DNA of 38,707 nt, from NCBI GenBank assembly GCA_964236955.1, contig CAXSGP010000040.1, forward strand, positions 1 to 38,707, in the 5' to 3' direction. This document shows, one piece after another, positions 8,257 to 18,360 of this stretch. This stretch comes from an uncultured Oligoflexus sp. (GTDB lineage Bacteria; Bdellovibrionota_B; Oligoflexia; Oligoflexales; Oligoflexaceae). Every line of letters begins with the position of its first letter. The first letter of the stretch is position 1. The position numbers were made by a program, and so were the translations under genes. Below the pieces are notes generated by a model. That model saw only the letters and a program-made list of their open reading frames with translations. It was not told the DNA's origin and did no database searches.

Positions 8257-8286
8257 CTACCATCGCTTTTATTTCGAACCTAAACC

Positions 8287-11200
8287 TTAGGTCTCAGAGT
8301 CGAGGTATCTCTTTACACCAGCCGCGAGTTCGGCCCCTATGAAAGGGCGCAGTTTTGCAGCGCTGATGATGGCATCGATAGAACCAACCTTTTTCGCACG
8401 TTCGACTGTGTGAATCTTTTCAAATTCCGTCGCAACCCTTGCCTGATGCTCGAGATGAACGGTCTGGTAAAGATCGTCGTACTGGGCTTTAGTGAGCTTA
8501 CCCTTGGCCAACTTTGCCTGAGCTTCGATGATTTGAGGATCCGCAAAGGTATTCTTAAGAACCTGCCGTGGGAAGACAACCGCAGCTGCGGGCGCGCCAC
8601 CGATGACCGAAGCATAGGTTGCTTCCAAAGCGATCGCTCTCATGTTGGGATTCAGAGTCTTCGAGAACACGACATAGGCACCACCGTGATAACGCGAGAC
8701 CACGACAAAGATCAAAGGCCCTTGGAAGTTGACGGCCGCACGGCCGATTTCAGCACCGTATTCAAGCTGGAGGCGACGGAGCGATTCGGGCGAACCATCA
8801 AATCCAGAAAGGTTGGCAAGCACGATGACCGGCATGGTGCCGCTATAGGAGTTGATGGCACGCGCAACTTTTTTGGAGGACAGGGGATAAAGGGTTCCAC
8901 CCGTCCAGGTATCAGGACCATCGTTAGGAATCTCTCCGATCCGCTTCACCGTACGGCTTTCGATCCCGATGAGTCCGACTGGGTACCCGCAAACGGAGGT
9001 TTCCCAAACGATAGCTGTTTCCGCGTCACGGAGAGCCTGCCAACGCTCAAGACAATCGGCATCCTGGTCGCGTACTGATTGCATGACCTGACGCATGTCG
9101 AAGGGTTTTTTGCGTTCCGCATTGCCCGTTCCAAGAATATCGCCGATCGAGGTGAAACCTTGATTGAGCTTATCCGTATAAGGATAAATCGAGACATCAC
9201 GATCGATCGGGTCCTGGGTCGGAAGCTTCGTACCGTAAGGACGACGAGTCGATACGTTGGTAAACTTGTAGTGTCTAAACAGCAGCTGATAGGCCTCAAC
9301 GATATCACGCGCCCGGAATTGAGCCTGACCGTTAGGCGCCATGATACGTTCCACTCCACCGATTCCAATATTGTCTTCAGCAGAAACGCTACCCGAGAAA
9401 TCAAGAGCCCGTTTCCCTGTCAAGACCATGGATCCGGTGTCCGTCATGATCAATGTTCCTTTGGTGTGCATGAGCATCGTTGCCTCGGCGTTCCAATAGG
9501 CCTGCGCCCCGACGTTGATTCCACACACGATGATGTTGATTTCGCCACCAGCTTGAGTGAACTCGATCAAACGCCTGAGAACGCGCGCGGTCCAATCGAG
9601 GTTCTCCGTTCCGGTATTCATGTCGATCGCAGCACCTGATGAAACGGGCACCCATTCCAACGGCAGTTTTTCAGCTTCGGCCCAATCAACAGCCGCCATC
9701 ACGCGACGACATTCCCCTTCAGCCAAAGAACCTAAATCGCGAGTGGGGTCGCCAAGCACGAGGATACGATCGTAGGATTGACCGTCATCGGACTCATTCG
9801 TTATACGGCCGAACACCACGTTGGATGTGTTGAGACCATAGGTACGGCCTTCGACCGATATGGTTTTCTGCTCGCCATTGGAATTGACTTCAATATCAAA
9901 CTCGACAAATCGACCTTTGGGAAATCTCTTATTCTCCGACTTGGTCAGGAGGCCGATGACTTCGTAAGGATAAGGGCTGCCGAGGCGCTTGGCGTTGACG
10001 ACCTTACTCGTATAAACGTCGAGCGGCACCAGGACTTCGGTTGAAGGCACACGACCGGTCAGGGTGTAATGCGTGTTGAGTATCTCGAGGAGAACTTCGG
10101 TATCGACGGCTTTGTTCGACTTGGTGATGACGCGGGTGTACATCACGACCTTCTCAAGACCCAGACCTTCAGTAAGGGGGATGAGACGCTCAGGATACTG
10201 ACCGACCTGCTCGATGCGAATAGGATGGGCATGGCCGAGATGAGCAATGATACGGTTCCAATGATAGATGCGTTTGTGTCTTGCCTGTTGCTCTCTGAGT
10301 ACTTTGGCGGCCTCGCGGATACTGTATTCGATCTGGCTGATCGCCTCGAGTTCCTTCTGCTCGTTAAATTCAAAGTTCGGCTCGGGCACTTCGATGAAGG
10401 CGAAGAGGCGTTGGTCTTTCGGGTTGGTCTTGGCTTCGAGCTTCATGACATGCAGGGAAGGACTGTTATAGACGAGCTCAAGATTAAAATTCACAAGGCG
10501 ATCGAGTCTCAGCTCGCGGTAACGCAAAGGACTGAAGCTCTTACGACGGGCATCCTCTTCCCACTTGCCACCCTCGTAGCGAAAGGAATGATAGACGTAA
10601 GTATCGGCGTTGACCAGACTCAGGCTGCAGAGATTCACGGCGAGCGGGTGCTTCGCGAGGTGATCGACGTAGACCGTATCCGCATGGGTTCCACTTCGCC
10701 GAACGTAGATGAGACACTCGACGAATTCACCCGAGGCCTTCTTCATCAGTCCCTGGAGCCAATCCAAAGATCCGAAATATTCTTCTTCCGTGACGATGGT
10801 CACAAAACTCAATACGGAGCCCGATGCCTGCTTTGAGCGTACCTGATAAAGCAGATTGCCCTTATCCGAGATCAACTCGCTGCTTTCAATCGTACGGTCA
10901 CGGTTGAAACGTTTCGCCATAATTTCCAGAATGCTTTTCGCCTGAGGCGATGCACGATCATAGAGCGAAACGAGATAAGATACGATCTGGTGACCCGAAT
11001 CGATGACTTCCTGCATCAGCTGCGGATCAATATCGCCGGTAGTGATAACAGGTGAGAGGACCTGGCCGAGCTGCGCCTGGCGTTCCTTCTTAAGTTCCTC
11101 CTGAAGCAGCCGATCGACGAGTTCATAACGGGCAAACACTGCGGCATCAACAAGGTTTGGACTCATCTGGCCCACTTGAGCCAGTTGATCCAGCACTGAG

Positions 11201-13812
11201 GAAAATTCAGCCGGTTCGGTGAAATCCTGAGCGGCTGGATAAAGTGTCTGCATGAAGAGCAAACTCACACGCAGAAGATCGGCGGTGACTTTGGTCGTCG
11301 CGTTGGACTTATAGAGATGAAACAGCGCTTTCGTGGTCAGCTCATGGTTTTTCTCATCGGCCCAAGAATAAAGCTTTATCGCCGCCTTGAGATGGTCGAG
11401 GAATACGGGCGGGAGACCTTTTTCCCTATCTTCGCGTCTAAGGAGATAGTGCATCAGGTATTCATGCGCATCGGTCGATTGCGTGCTTTCGGCATCACGA
11501 TTTTTGAATTGAAAGAGCTTTTGGATCGTAACGAAGGCCTGGCACGATTTGACGACGAGATGAGCCGCCTGCCTGCGATACTCGGGATGAGACTTGACAA
11601 AATTTTCCAGCGAACTCAGCAGAGCTGCTGCTGGCTTGATAAAATCATAGCCGGTAAACGCCGCATAGAAATTGCGTTCGAGGACAGCCCATTGTTCGCC
11701 GTACCCGGCAGACTGGGTCGAGGTCTGATGCGCTGCAAGACTTGAGAAGTCGATGGCATCGGCTTTGCTCTTATCGGCTTCTTCCTTGCCTTGGGTTTGA
11801 CTGAGCGTTTCAAAGTCAACAAGAGCCTGGCCAGCCGAAACCTGCTCGCCGGCTTTGACGTTGATACGCATCACGGTACCGTCTTCAGGGGCGCTGACAG
11901 CCATTTCCATCTTCATCGCTTCGAGCGTCAACAAAAGCTCGCCCTTTTTGACCTTTTGTCCCTCGTGGGTGTCGACCGTTAGCACGACACTTGGCGAAGG
12001 GGCGGTGATCAGGCCACCTGAATCGAATGGCAGCATGTAAGGCACGCCTTCGAGCTCGCACTGAAGGGCATTGGCGCGCGGCACGATCTGCATCTGATAC
12101 TTACGGCCACCGGCCTGAACGATGATCTCATTGCCCCAACTCACATATTCAACGACGATCAGCTGACCGTTCACCTTCACATGATAGACTGGGCCGCCAA
12201 CGGCCAGGACTTCCAACTGATAGGTGTTGCCGTAGAGTTTGAGTTTCGTCGCCATGTCAAGTTCGGGCATTTGCCGAGGCGAACTGTAGCGCCTGACCTT
12301 CTCGGTAAAATTCTCGAATTCGTTATAATACTTTTGTTGGTATTGATAGACCGCCGAAGCGAGGACCGCCACATCCCAGTCGCCCTTGGCCTGTTTGCGT
12401 TCTGGACTTTCTAAAAAGCCTTCGACGAAATCGGTGAGCACACCACCTTCCTGAATGCTTTTGGAGGAGAGCAGCTCGAGGAGAAAGCCTTGGTTGGTCG
12501 TACCGTTTTCAATCTCAATCTGCAACTCACTGAGCGCACGCTTCAATTTTGCAACAGCGGCCTCACGCGTGGCGCCGATAGCAATGATTTTGGCGATCAT
12601 CGAATCGAAATCACCGGGAATGCGGTTGCCCCATTCGAAGCCCGAATCGATACGGATACCAGGAAGGAGGGGCGGCATATAGCGCTTGATGATACCTGGC
12701 GTTGGCGCAAACTTTTGATCAGGATCTTCGGCGTTGAGTCGGACTTCGATCACATGACCGCGAGGCACCTTGGCAATGTTATCGAGGGTTTCCCCCAAGG
12801 CCACCTTGATTTGCAGGTGAACAAGATCGACTTGAAATAACTCTTCGGTGATCGGATGCTCGACCTGAAGGCGGGTATTCACCTCCATGAAGTAGGCTTC
12901 CTTACGGTCAATATCGTAAAGATATTCGACTGTTCCGGCACTATGATAAGCTGCCGCCTTAAGCAGACGTGCCGCCGACGCCTCGACTTCCTTCATCTTT
13001 TCGGCGGACAGATGCGCCGGAGGAGTTTCTTCTATAATCTTTTGATTGTTCCTTTGCACCGAACAATCGCGCACACCAAAGGTATGAATGTTGCCATGGT
13101 AATCCGCGAGACACTGCACTTCCAGATGGCGACCATAAACGACGAGGGCTTCCATGAAGATAACGCGATTGCCAAAGAATCGGAAAATCTCATCCGATAC
13201 GGAACGGAATTGATATTCCAGCTGGTCGGGCGTGAATACCTTACGGATACCGCGACCACCCCCGCCGTTTGCGGATTTGAGGATGACGGGATAACCAATC
13301 TGCAAAGCCATCTTCTGAGCGTGCTCAAGATTCTCTAAAAAACATCCGCTCCAAGGGCAGGTCGGGACTTCAGACTTATCCGCTAGTTCTTTGGCCTTGA
13401 TCTTGTCGCCCAGACTGTCCATCGCCTGTGCCGTCGGTCCCAGGAGGACGAGACCGCTCTTTTCAAGCAGGGCTGCGAAATCAGCATTTTCAGCAACAAA
13501 TCCCCAACCGACCCAGACGCCGCTGCAACCGGTCTCGATCAATGCCTCGATGAGAAATTCGCTATTGATATAAGGACTGCCGACGATGTCACCGAAGCCA
13601 TGAAAGGACGAGAGTGCGTAAGCATGGTCGGCTTCCTTGACAAATAGCGCATCCGATTCTGCGTCTATGAAAAAGGCAACGGTTGTGAACTTCGTGGAGT
13701 AGAGAGTATTAAACTCCTTAGCTCCCCGAATAAAACGCACTGCCGCTTCCCCGCGATTGATGATCCCGATCTTGGCATCTGGCAAGAGTTGTTTCCGTTT
13801 CAAAGCGATCAC
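8287..13812 (-). CDS. Single-chain multidomain biotin-dependent acyl/acetyl-CoA carboxylase (BC-BCCP-central region-CT)
   Basis: BC motifs GYPVILKSANGGGGRGIR, RDCSVQR and FMEVNTRLQVEHP; biotinyl motif EAMKME; C-terminal carboxyltransferase (LANLSGFDGS, YHGGAYVVF). The start may be TTG 13803. Confidence 0.93.
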   Translation of the reverse strand: MIALKRKQLLPDAKIGIINRGEAAVRFIRGAKEFNTLYSTKFTTVAFFIDAESDALFVKEADHAYALSSFHGFGDIVGSPYINSEFLIEALIETGCSGVWVGWGFVAENADFAALLEKSGLVLLGPTAQAMDSLGDKIKAKELADKSEVPTCPWSGCFLENLEHAQKMALQIGYPVILKSANGGGGRGIRKVFTPDQLEYQFRSVSDEIFRFFGNRVIFMEALVVYGRHLEVQCLADYHGNIHTFGVRDCSVQRNNQKIIEETPPAHLSAEKMKEVEASAARLLKAAAYHSAGTVEYLYDIDRKEAYFMEVNTRLQVEHPITEELFQVDLVHLQIKVALGETLDNIAKVPRGHVIEVRLNAEDPDQKFAPTPGIIKRYMPPLLPGIRIDSGFEWGNRIPGDFDSMIAKIIAIGATREAAVAKLKRALSELQIEIENGTTNQGFLLELLSSKSIQEGGVLTDFVEGFLESPERKQAKGDWDVAVLASAVYQYQQKYYNEFENFTEKVRRYSSPRQMPELDMATKLKLYGNTYQLEVLAVGGPVYHVKVNGQLIVVEYVSWGNEIIVQAGGRKYQMQIVPRANALQCELEGVPYMLPFDSGGLITAPSPSVVLTVDTHEGQKVKKGELLLTLEAMKMEMAVSAPEDGTVMRINVKAGEQVSAGQALVDFETLSQTQGKEEADKSKADAIDFSSLAAHQTSTQSAGYGEQWAVLERNFYAAFTGYDFIKPAAALLSSLENFVKSHPEYRRQAAHLVVKSCQAFVTIQKLFQFKNRDAESTQSTDAHEYLMHYLLRREDREKGLPPVFLDHLKAAIKLYSWADEKNHELTTKALFHLYKSNATTKVTADLLRVSLLFMQTLYPAAQDFTEPAEFSSVLDQLAQVGQMSPNLVDAAVFARYELVDRLLQEELKKERQAQLGQVLSPVITTGDIDPQLMQEVIDSGHQIVSYLVSLYDRASPQAKSILEIMAKRFNRDRTIESSELISDKGNLLYQVRSKQASGSVLSFVTIVTEEEYFGSLDWLQGLMKKASGEFVECLIYVRRSGTHADTVYVDHLAKHPLAVNLCSLSLVNADTYVYHSFRYEGGKWEEDARRKSFSPLRYRELRLDRLVNFNLELVYNSPSLHVMKLEAKTNPKDQRLFAFIEVPEPNFEFNEQKELEAISQIEYSIREAAKVLREQQARHKRIYHWNRIIAHLGHAHPIRIEQVGQYPERLIPLTEGLGLEKVVMYTRVITKSNKAVDTEVLLEILNTHYTLTGRVPSTEVLVPLDVYTSKVVNAKRLGSPYPYEVIGLLTKSENKRFPKGRFVEFDIEVNSNGEQKTISVEGRTYGLNTSNVVFGRITNESDDGQSYDRILVLGDPTRDLGSLAEGECRRVMAAVDWAEAEKLPLEWVPVSSGAAIDMNTGTENLDWTARVLRRLIEFTQAGGEINIIVCGINVGAQAYWNAEATMLMHTKGTLIMTDTGSMVLTGKRALDFSGSVSAEDNIGIGGVERIMAPNGQAQFRARDIVEAYQLLFRHYKFTNVSTRRPYGTKLPTQDPIDRDVSIYPYTDKLNQGFTSIGDILGTGNAERKKPFDMRQVMQSVRDQDADCLERWQALRDAETAIVWETSVCGYPVGLIGIESRTVKRIGEIPNDGPDTWTGGTLYPLSSKKVARAINSYSGTMPVIVLANLSGFDGSPESLRRLQLEYGAEIGRAAVNFQGPLIFVVVSRYHGGAYVVFSKTLNPNMRAIALEATYASVIGGAPAAAVVFPRQVLKNTFADPQIIEAQAKLAKGKLTKAQYDDLYQTVHLEHQARVATEFEKIHTVERAKKVGSIDAIISAAKLRPFIGAELAAGVKRYLDSET

Positions 13813-14126
13813 CTTCGTAATAAATTTTACCGATCTTTAGCGGATCGAATGCTCATTGAGTTCAAGTCCAAAAAACCATGGCAAATCAATTTAGTGTACA
13901 ACTGTTCCAAAGATCCAGCTCAAAAGACTAGGTCATATTGCAAGTGCCAATCGAGCATTTTTGCTTTCAATCCAGCCCTATTTAAAAATTCAATCTGACC
14001 AATTCTAGCAAAAGCTTTTCCGGCAAACGAGAGCTGACTTTTCATTTCTAAATCTTTTCAGCGTCATCATTATACTGATTCGTCGCGCGATGCGATTTGA
14101 GTCAGCGTACAATTTTGGCTTTGAAC

Positions 14127-14155
14127 GCAGTCCTTCCACCGCAGCGAAGGACTGC
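14127..14155. repeat. 10-bp inverted repeat in the long divergent intergenic region
   Basis: GCAGTCCTTC-N9-GAAGGACTGC. Confidence 0.6.
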
Positions 14156-14447
14156 CAATCCCTTGAGAGATCGCAAGAGCGTTTGGAATGATTTTCAAAA
14201 CTTAGACAGTTAGGGTAACATGATAACCAGTCAGACTATGTCAGGTGAATGTCGCTCGGCTTTAGCTCCTCTCAAAGGCCCCTTCCTTTGAGCCCATGGT
14301 ATGGGAACAGCCACGCATAAATAAATTCGCCGATGCTTTAGAAGTCTTTAGAAGTCGAACGAAGAACGGGTTAGACTGCCAAGTGAAATAAAAAGCTCTG
14401 GCCCCTGACAAAAACGCGTGCCAAAGCGGCTATATAAAGGATATTCT

Positions 14448-15287
14448 TTGACGATTGCACCCGTAAAGATCTACTTCGATGGCGGTTCCCGTGGCAATCC
14501 TGGGCCGGCATCGGGAGCGGCCTATGCTGATTTCGAGGGGGGACGGGAGCGGTCATGTTTCCTTGAGTCCGCAACCAACAACGAAGCTGAATATCGTGGT
14601 CTTCTCATGGGCATCGAACTGGCGAAAGAGCTGAAGCTTAGTGATGTCATTTTTCTAGGCGACAGCAAACTGGTGGTCATGCAGGTGTCCGGTCAATGGC
14701 AAGCGAAACATCCCATGATGAACGAACTTAAAAATCAGGTTATCCGGGAACTCGTAGGCATCCCTCATTGGCAAATCGACTGGGTAAGACGTGAGTTCAA
14801 CGCGGAAGCCGATCGGGTTGCCAACCAGACTATGGATAAGTTCCAGGGCCTTGCGTCCTTGCCTAAAATAGCGATAAGTCCCAAGATTGCCCTTGATAAT
14901 CTTTCTGCATCGGCAGCTCCGTCCTCTCTGGATGGGACTTTGCCAGCGGCACCGGTACGAGCGGACATCCACAAGCTGAACACACTGGGGCCGAAAGCCG
15001 CCTTTAGCGATTTCCGTTCCCTTAAGGTCGGGGGCATGGATGCTTTTTCGCGCGCGAATGCCGCGAATCTTGCCACCATTCTTCCCAATTTTACCGAACT
15101 TAACGAGTCCATCATGCTCGGCTTAAATACCGACCGCCATACTCAGTCCCTGAGTGATGCTGAAAAAGCCAGGTTACTCATCAATGCCTTAAGGTGGTCC
15201 GCCCGTGGACTTGCCGGGGATCTGTCTTTGCGCAAGGTCCTCGTTGACCTCGAGCTGGCGAATAATATTCGCGGGAAAAAATCCTGA
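14448..15287 (+). CDS. Ribonuclease HI-family protein with extra C-terminal domain
   Basis: YFDGGSRGNPG, TNNEAEY, GDSKLVV and NAEADRVAN supply the four catalytic acidic residues. Likely start is TTG 14448 after AAAGGA. Confidence 0.88.
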   Translation: MTIAPVKIYFDGGSRGNPGPASGAAYADFEGGRERSCFLESATNNEAEYRGLLMGIELAKELKLSDVIFLGDSKLVVMQVSGQWQAKHPMMNELKNQVIRELVGIPHWQIDWVRREFNAEADRVANQTMDKFQGLASLPKIAISPKIALDNLSASAAPSSLDGTLPAAPVRADIHKLNTLGPKAAFSDFRSLKVGGMDAFSRANAANLATILPNFTELNESIMLGLNTDRHTQSLSDAEKARLLINALRWSARGLAGDLSLRKVLVDLELANNIRGKKS

Positions 15288-15385
15288 GATGAACATGGAT
15301 AGATCAGCGTTATGCATTGCGGACGGATTGCCTGGGCTCAATACCTTGGGACAAGGCATGACGGAAGCGAGGAATGGAGTGCAAA

Positions 15386-15883
15386 ATGACGGCTTGTGTT
15401 GCCCATGCCGATATTAAAAGGCGTTATCTTGAGCTAAAGGATTGGGCTGAAGCCTATACCGCAAAGCTGGAAGCGGACATTCAATCGCGAACGGCGCTGA
15501 AGAGGCTGCACTGTTTTGTGATGGATCAGTTTGAGGAGGCTTATCCGGATGAGCATCTGTCTCGCGACAAGGCTTTTGTCTTCCTGTCTCTCAGGGTCGC
15601 GGTCGATCTAAAAGGCCTGTCGAAGGAGCGGGTGCATGCCCTTAAAGCAAAGGTTTCCCATGATAGAGGAGCTCTGCAGATACTCTCGGAAAATTTTCAT
15701 GACAGTCCTTTTGTGCTTGATCTTGATTGGCATATTTCAGAAAGGGAAAGGGTTAGGGACCAGGGGGTGGAGTTTGCTAATTTCGTGATCGCCGATTGTA
15801 TGATGCTTGCCCGGCAGCTTGAGACGCTTGCTCAGGGGGGAGAAGCCACGACCCTTGAGTCGCTTCTTAGTAAGAATCGCTAG
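15386..15883 (+). CDS. Hypothetical helical protein
   Basis: ORF track 15374..15883; ATG 15386 follows GGAG; terminator downstream. Confidence 0.65.
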   Translation: MTACVAHADIKRRYLELKDWAEAYTAKLEADIQSRTALKRLHCFVMDQFEEAYPDEHLSRDKAFVFLSLRVAVDLKGLSKERVHALKAKVSHDRGALQILSENFHDSPFVLDLDWHISERERVRDQGVEFANFVIADCMMLARQLETLAQGGEATTLESLLSKNR

Positions 15884-15995
15884 CATTAATCTGATACTCG
15901 ATAGCCAAGGCTGGCCCCTGACCTCGATTTAAAACAGTTAGGGAATGCAGTGACTCCATTCCCCTACAAGGGTGCCGGATGCATAGGCCATGCCT

Positions 15996-16024
15996 AAAAA
16001 AGCGGGAATAGCCCCGCTTTTTTT
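15996..16024. terminator. Bidirectional rho-independent terminator
   Basis: AAAAAAGCGGG-AATAGC-CCCGCTTTTTTT between convergent genes. Confidence 0.85.
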
Positions 16025-16045
16025 GATAAAATGGCCGCTGATTTA

Positions 16046-16492
16046 CTATTCCAAAATTGGTCTTAAACTATTAACAATGATTGTTGGACGATCTCCCGTT
16101 TCAACCCCGGGGACGACGAGGTAGTCGCCCTGCACCTCGTATGAAATGCCTTGCACTTGTCCTTCTTGCATTTGATCTCTGAGGTAACGGGGAAGGACCA
16201 ATTCATAACGCTCCAACTCGGAAGCCTGCAGGACGATGCCAGTGGTCTCTCCCCCTATAGCAGAAACCGGAGATTGAATTTCACCGGCGATAGAAATAGG
16301 CTCAAGCTCGCCCTGAATACAGCGACCGATGCGGCGATCATAGTCCGTGGGCGTAGGACAGGCACAGCGGCTCGCCTCTCCCCATAAATTATAATCCCGT
16401 GTGCAGACCAAAGGTCCACTTGCTACAACAGTGGCTCCATAAGCGCTGCTCGACAATAGACCTAGGATCGCATAACGAATTAGATATTTCAT
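16046..16492 (-). CDS. Secreted protein with small 4-Cys module and possible OB-fold C-terminus
   Basis: Signal peptide MKYLIRYAILGLLSSSAYG; CTRD...CAC...C; AIGGETTG motif. Confidence 0.8.
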   Translation of the reverse strand: MKYLIRYAILGLLSSSAYGATVVASGPLVCTRDYNLWGEASRCACPTPTDYDRRIGRCIQGELEPISIAGEIQSPVSAIGGETTGIVLQASELERYELVLPRYLRDQMQEGQVQGISYEVQGDYLVVPGVETGDRPTIIVNSLRPILE

Positions 16493-16929
16493 GAGAACTT
16501 GTCCTTTAAAAAGGGGTTTGGCTTTTTCGATTGGCCAGTCGACCGAAACACATACTCTTAAAACCTCAAGAAAAAGCCCTAATTCTCGCGTTTTTTCGCG
16601 AGATCCAATGGCCTTGGATACTGCAAAACCGAAGCCACTTTTCGAAATTCCGAATTAACTTTAAGCTATTCTCAGGTGAGCGAATTTGAAGGGACTTGAA
16701 AGGCTTGCTGTAAAAGGCTTCCTCTGGAACAGCTGCGCCTTAAAAGGGCAAGCTGCAAGATGGCTGAGCCGGCCGGAGCGAAGCTTGGCTAATTGTCAGA
16801 CTGGCTGCCACTGGGGACTCAGACTAGGCCAATTTAACAAATCAGTAGAAAGCACTCGCTTTAATGCGCGATTAGGAAATCTGCTAAGATGAATGTCTGA
16901 CTGTCCTTTACCTGTCACAGGATGCTTGA

Positions 16930-18273
16930 ATGTTTCTCTTCGTAAAGCCAATTCGGTGCATAGGGATCCTGATAGCTTTTGGTCTTTGCCTGGCGAGCAC
17001 CGAGTCGATGGCGGAAATCAAAAAGAAGAAGAAGAAAGCGAAAAAGGTCCCAACATGGAACTTTGAGCAAACCTATCGACTTTTAGGGACCTTTCAGGAG
17101 GGCGAAGCCGCCAAGGAACTCACCAACCCTAACAATCAGTTCTATCAGCTTCCCTATCGGACCCTGCTCATGGAATTTCGCCCGGAACTCCAAGGCACCT
17201 ATCGCCGCTATAAGCTCGTCCTCCGACCGCGGGCATCAGTACTGGACGATTTTCGAGATATTCCGCCGCTGGTGCCGGCACCCCCTGGCTATAAACAGCC
17301 AAAAGATCAAACGTTCACAAGCGAAGCCTTTCTGAACGAAGCCTATTTGGCTGGAAGCCCGGCGAGTAAGTGGCAGTATGTAATAGGTCTCCAGAACTTC
17401 CAATGGGGACCGGCCGAACTTGCCAGTCCATCCAATCCATTGTTTCGCGATCTTGGTCTTAGTAAAACCTATTTTTTTGAGACAAGAGGCAAGGGGCTGC
17501 TAAGGGTCAACTATTCGCCCAGTGGCAAAACCACCTATATCTTTATTACGGAAGCCTTTGAAAATGGCAGCAAACGCGATGCGTCAGACCCCTATTTCCG
17601 CAAAAAAGGCTTGATAAAGGCTGAGTTTGCCGACGCGAGTCAGACCAACTATTTCGGTTTGGTTATGTCCGCAGCGGAACAGGATAAACCGCAATGGGGC
17701 AGCTATGCCAACTATGAGGCAGCTACCGGATTTACTGTCTACTATGATGCCCAAGCCCGTCAGGGCACTCAGCTTTGGAAGCCGAATTTTGCGGCTCCGT
17801 TGCCGCTTTTTGAACAAAATCTTAAACTCGACACGAGCATACAAAGCGCGAGTCTGCTGGGCCTCCGCTACGTCACCGTAAAAAACATCGACTACCGCCT
17901 GGAGGGGTTCTATGAGACGAGCGCCTGGACGGCAGGGGACCGGACCCTGGCCCGCGGTGTTCTTGCCAATGCCCCGACCTTAGACAACGCCAGCATCTAT
18001 CTTAATCCTGGCAGTTTTTTTCCGGGTCAAAAGTTTGCCTATGCTTCGGTACGTATTCCCGAGTGGGGCTATAAGGATAGTTTCACGCTTTCGCTGCGTG
18101 ATCTCTATTCGATCACCGATCGGACGCAAGCCGCCCAAATGAGTTTTGATACCTTCATTGGAGATAGTGTGCTCTTAAGTACGGGCGTGACGAGTAGCTT
18201 TGGAAAGGCCGATGGAGAACTTACGCAGGGCTATAGCTGGAGGGCCTTTCTTACTTTTGCGTGGACTCTTTGA
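16930..18273 (+). CDS. Putative outer-membrane beta-barrel protein
   Basis: Signal peptide, poly-Lys mature N-terminus, aromatic-rich alternating strands and C-terminal FLTFAWTL. Confidence 0.75.
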   Translation: MFLFVKPIRCIGILIAFGLCLASTESMAEIKKKKKKAKKVPTWNFEQTYRLLGTFQEGEAAKELTNPNNQFYQLPYRTLLMEFRPELQGTYRRYKLVLRPRASVLDDFRDIPPLVPAPPGYKQPKDQTFTSEAFLNEAYLAGSPASKWQYVIGLQNFQWGPAELASPSNPLFRDLGLSKTYFFETRGKGLLRVNYSPSGKTTYIFITEAFENGSKRDASDPYFRKKGLIKAEFADASQTNYFGLVMSAAEQDKPQWGSYANYEAATGFTVYYDAQARQGTQLWKPNFAAPLPLFEQNLKLDTSIQSASLLGLRYVTVKNIDYRLEGFYETSAWTAGDRTLARGVLANAPTLDNASIYLNPGSFFPGQKFAYASVRIPEWGYKDSFTLSLRDLYSITDRTQAAQMSFDTFIGDSVLLSTGVTSSFGKADGELTQGYSWRAFLTFAWTL

Positions 18274-18285
18274 GTTAGGGGCCAC

Positions 18286-18316
18286 AAAAAAGGGCGGCTG
18301 CTAAAAGCAAACGCCC
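18286..18316 (-). terminator. Rho-independent terminator (possibly bidirectional)
   Basis: Minus strand GGGCGTTTGCT-TTT-AGCAGCCGCCC-TTTTTT. Confidence 0.75.
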
Positions 18317-18360
18317 AAAAGATGACTGAGAGGATTTAAACCGAAGACATGCCCCGAGGA

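Noticed and set aside
16622..16637. Canonical-spacing sigma54 site TGGCTTCGGTTTTGCA (-)
   Set aside because: Single instance with a poor -24 box; could be chance.
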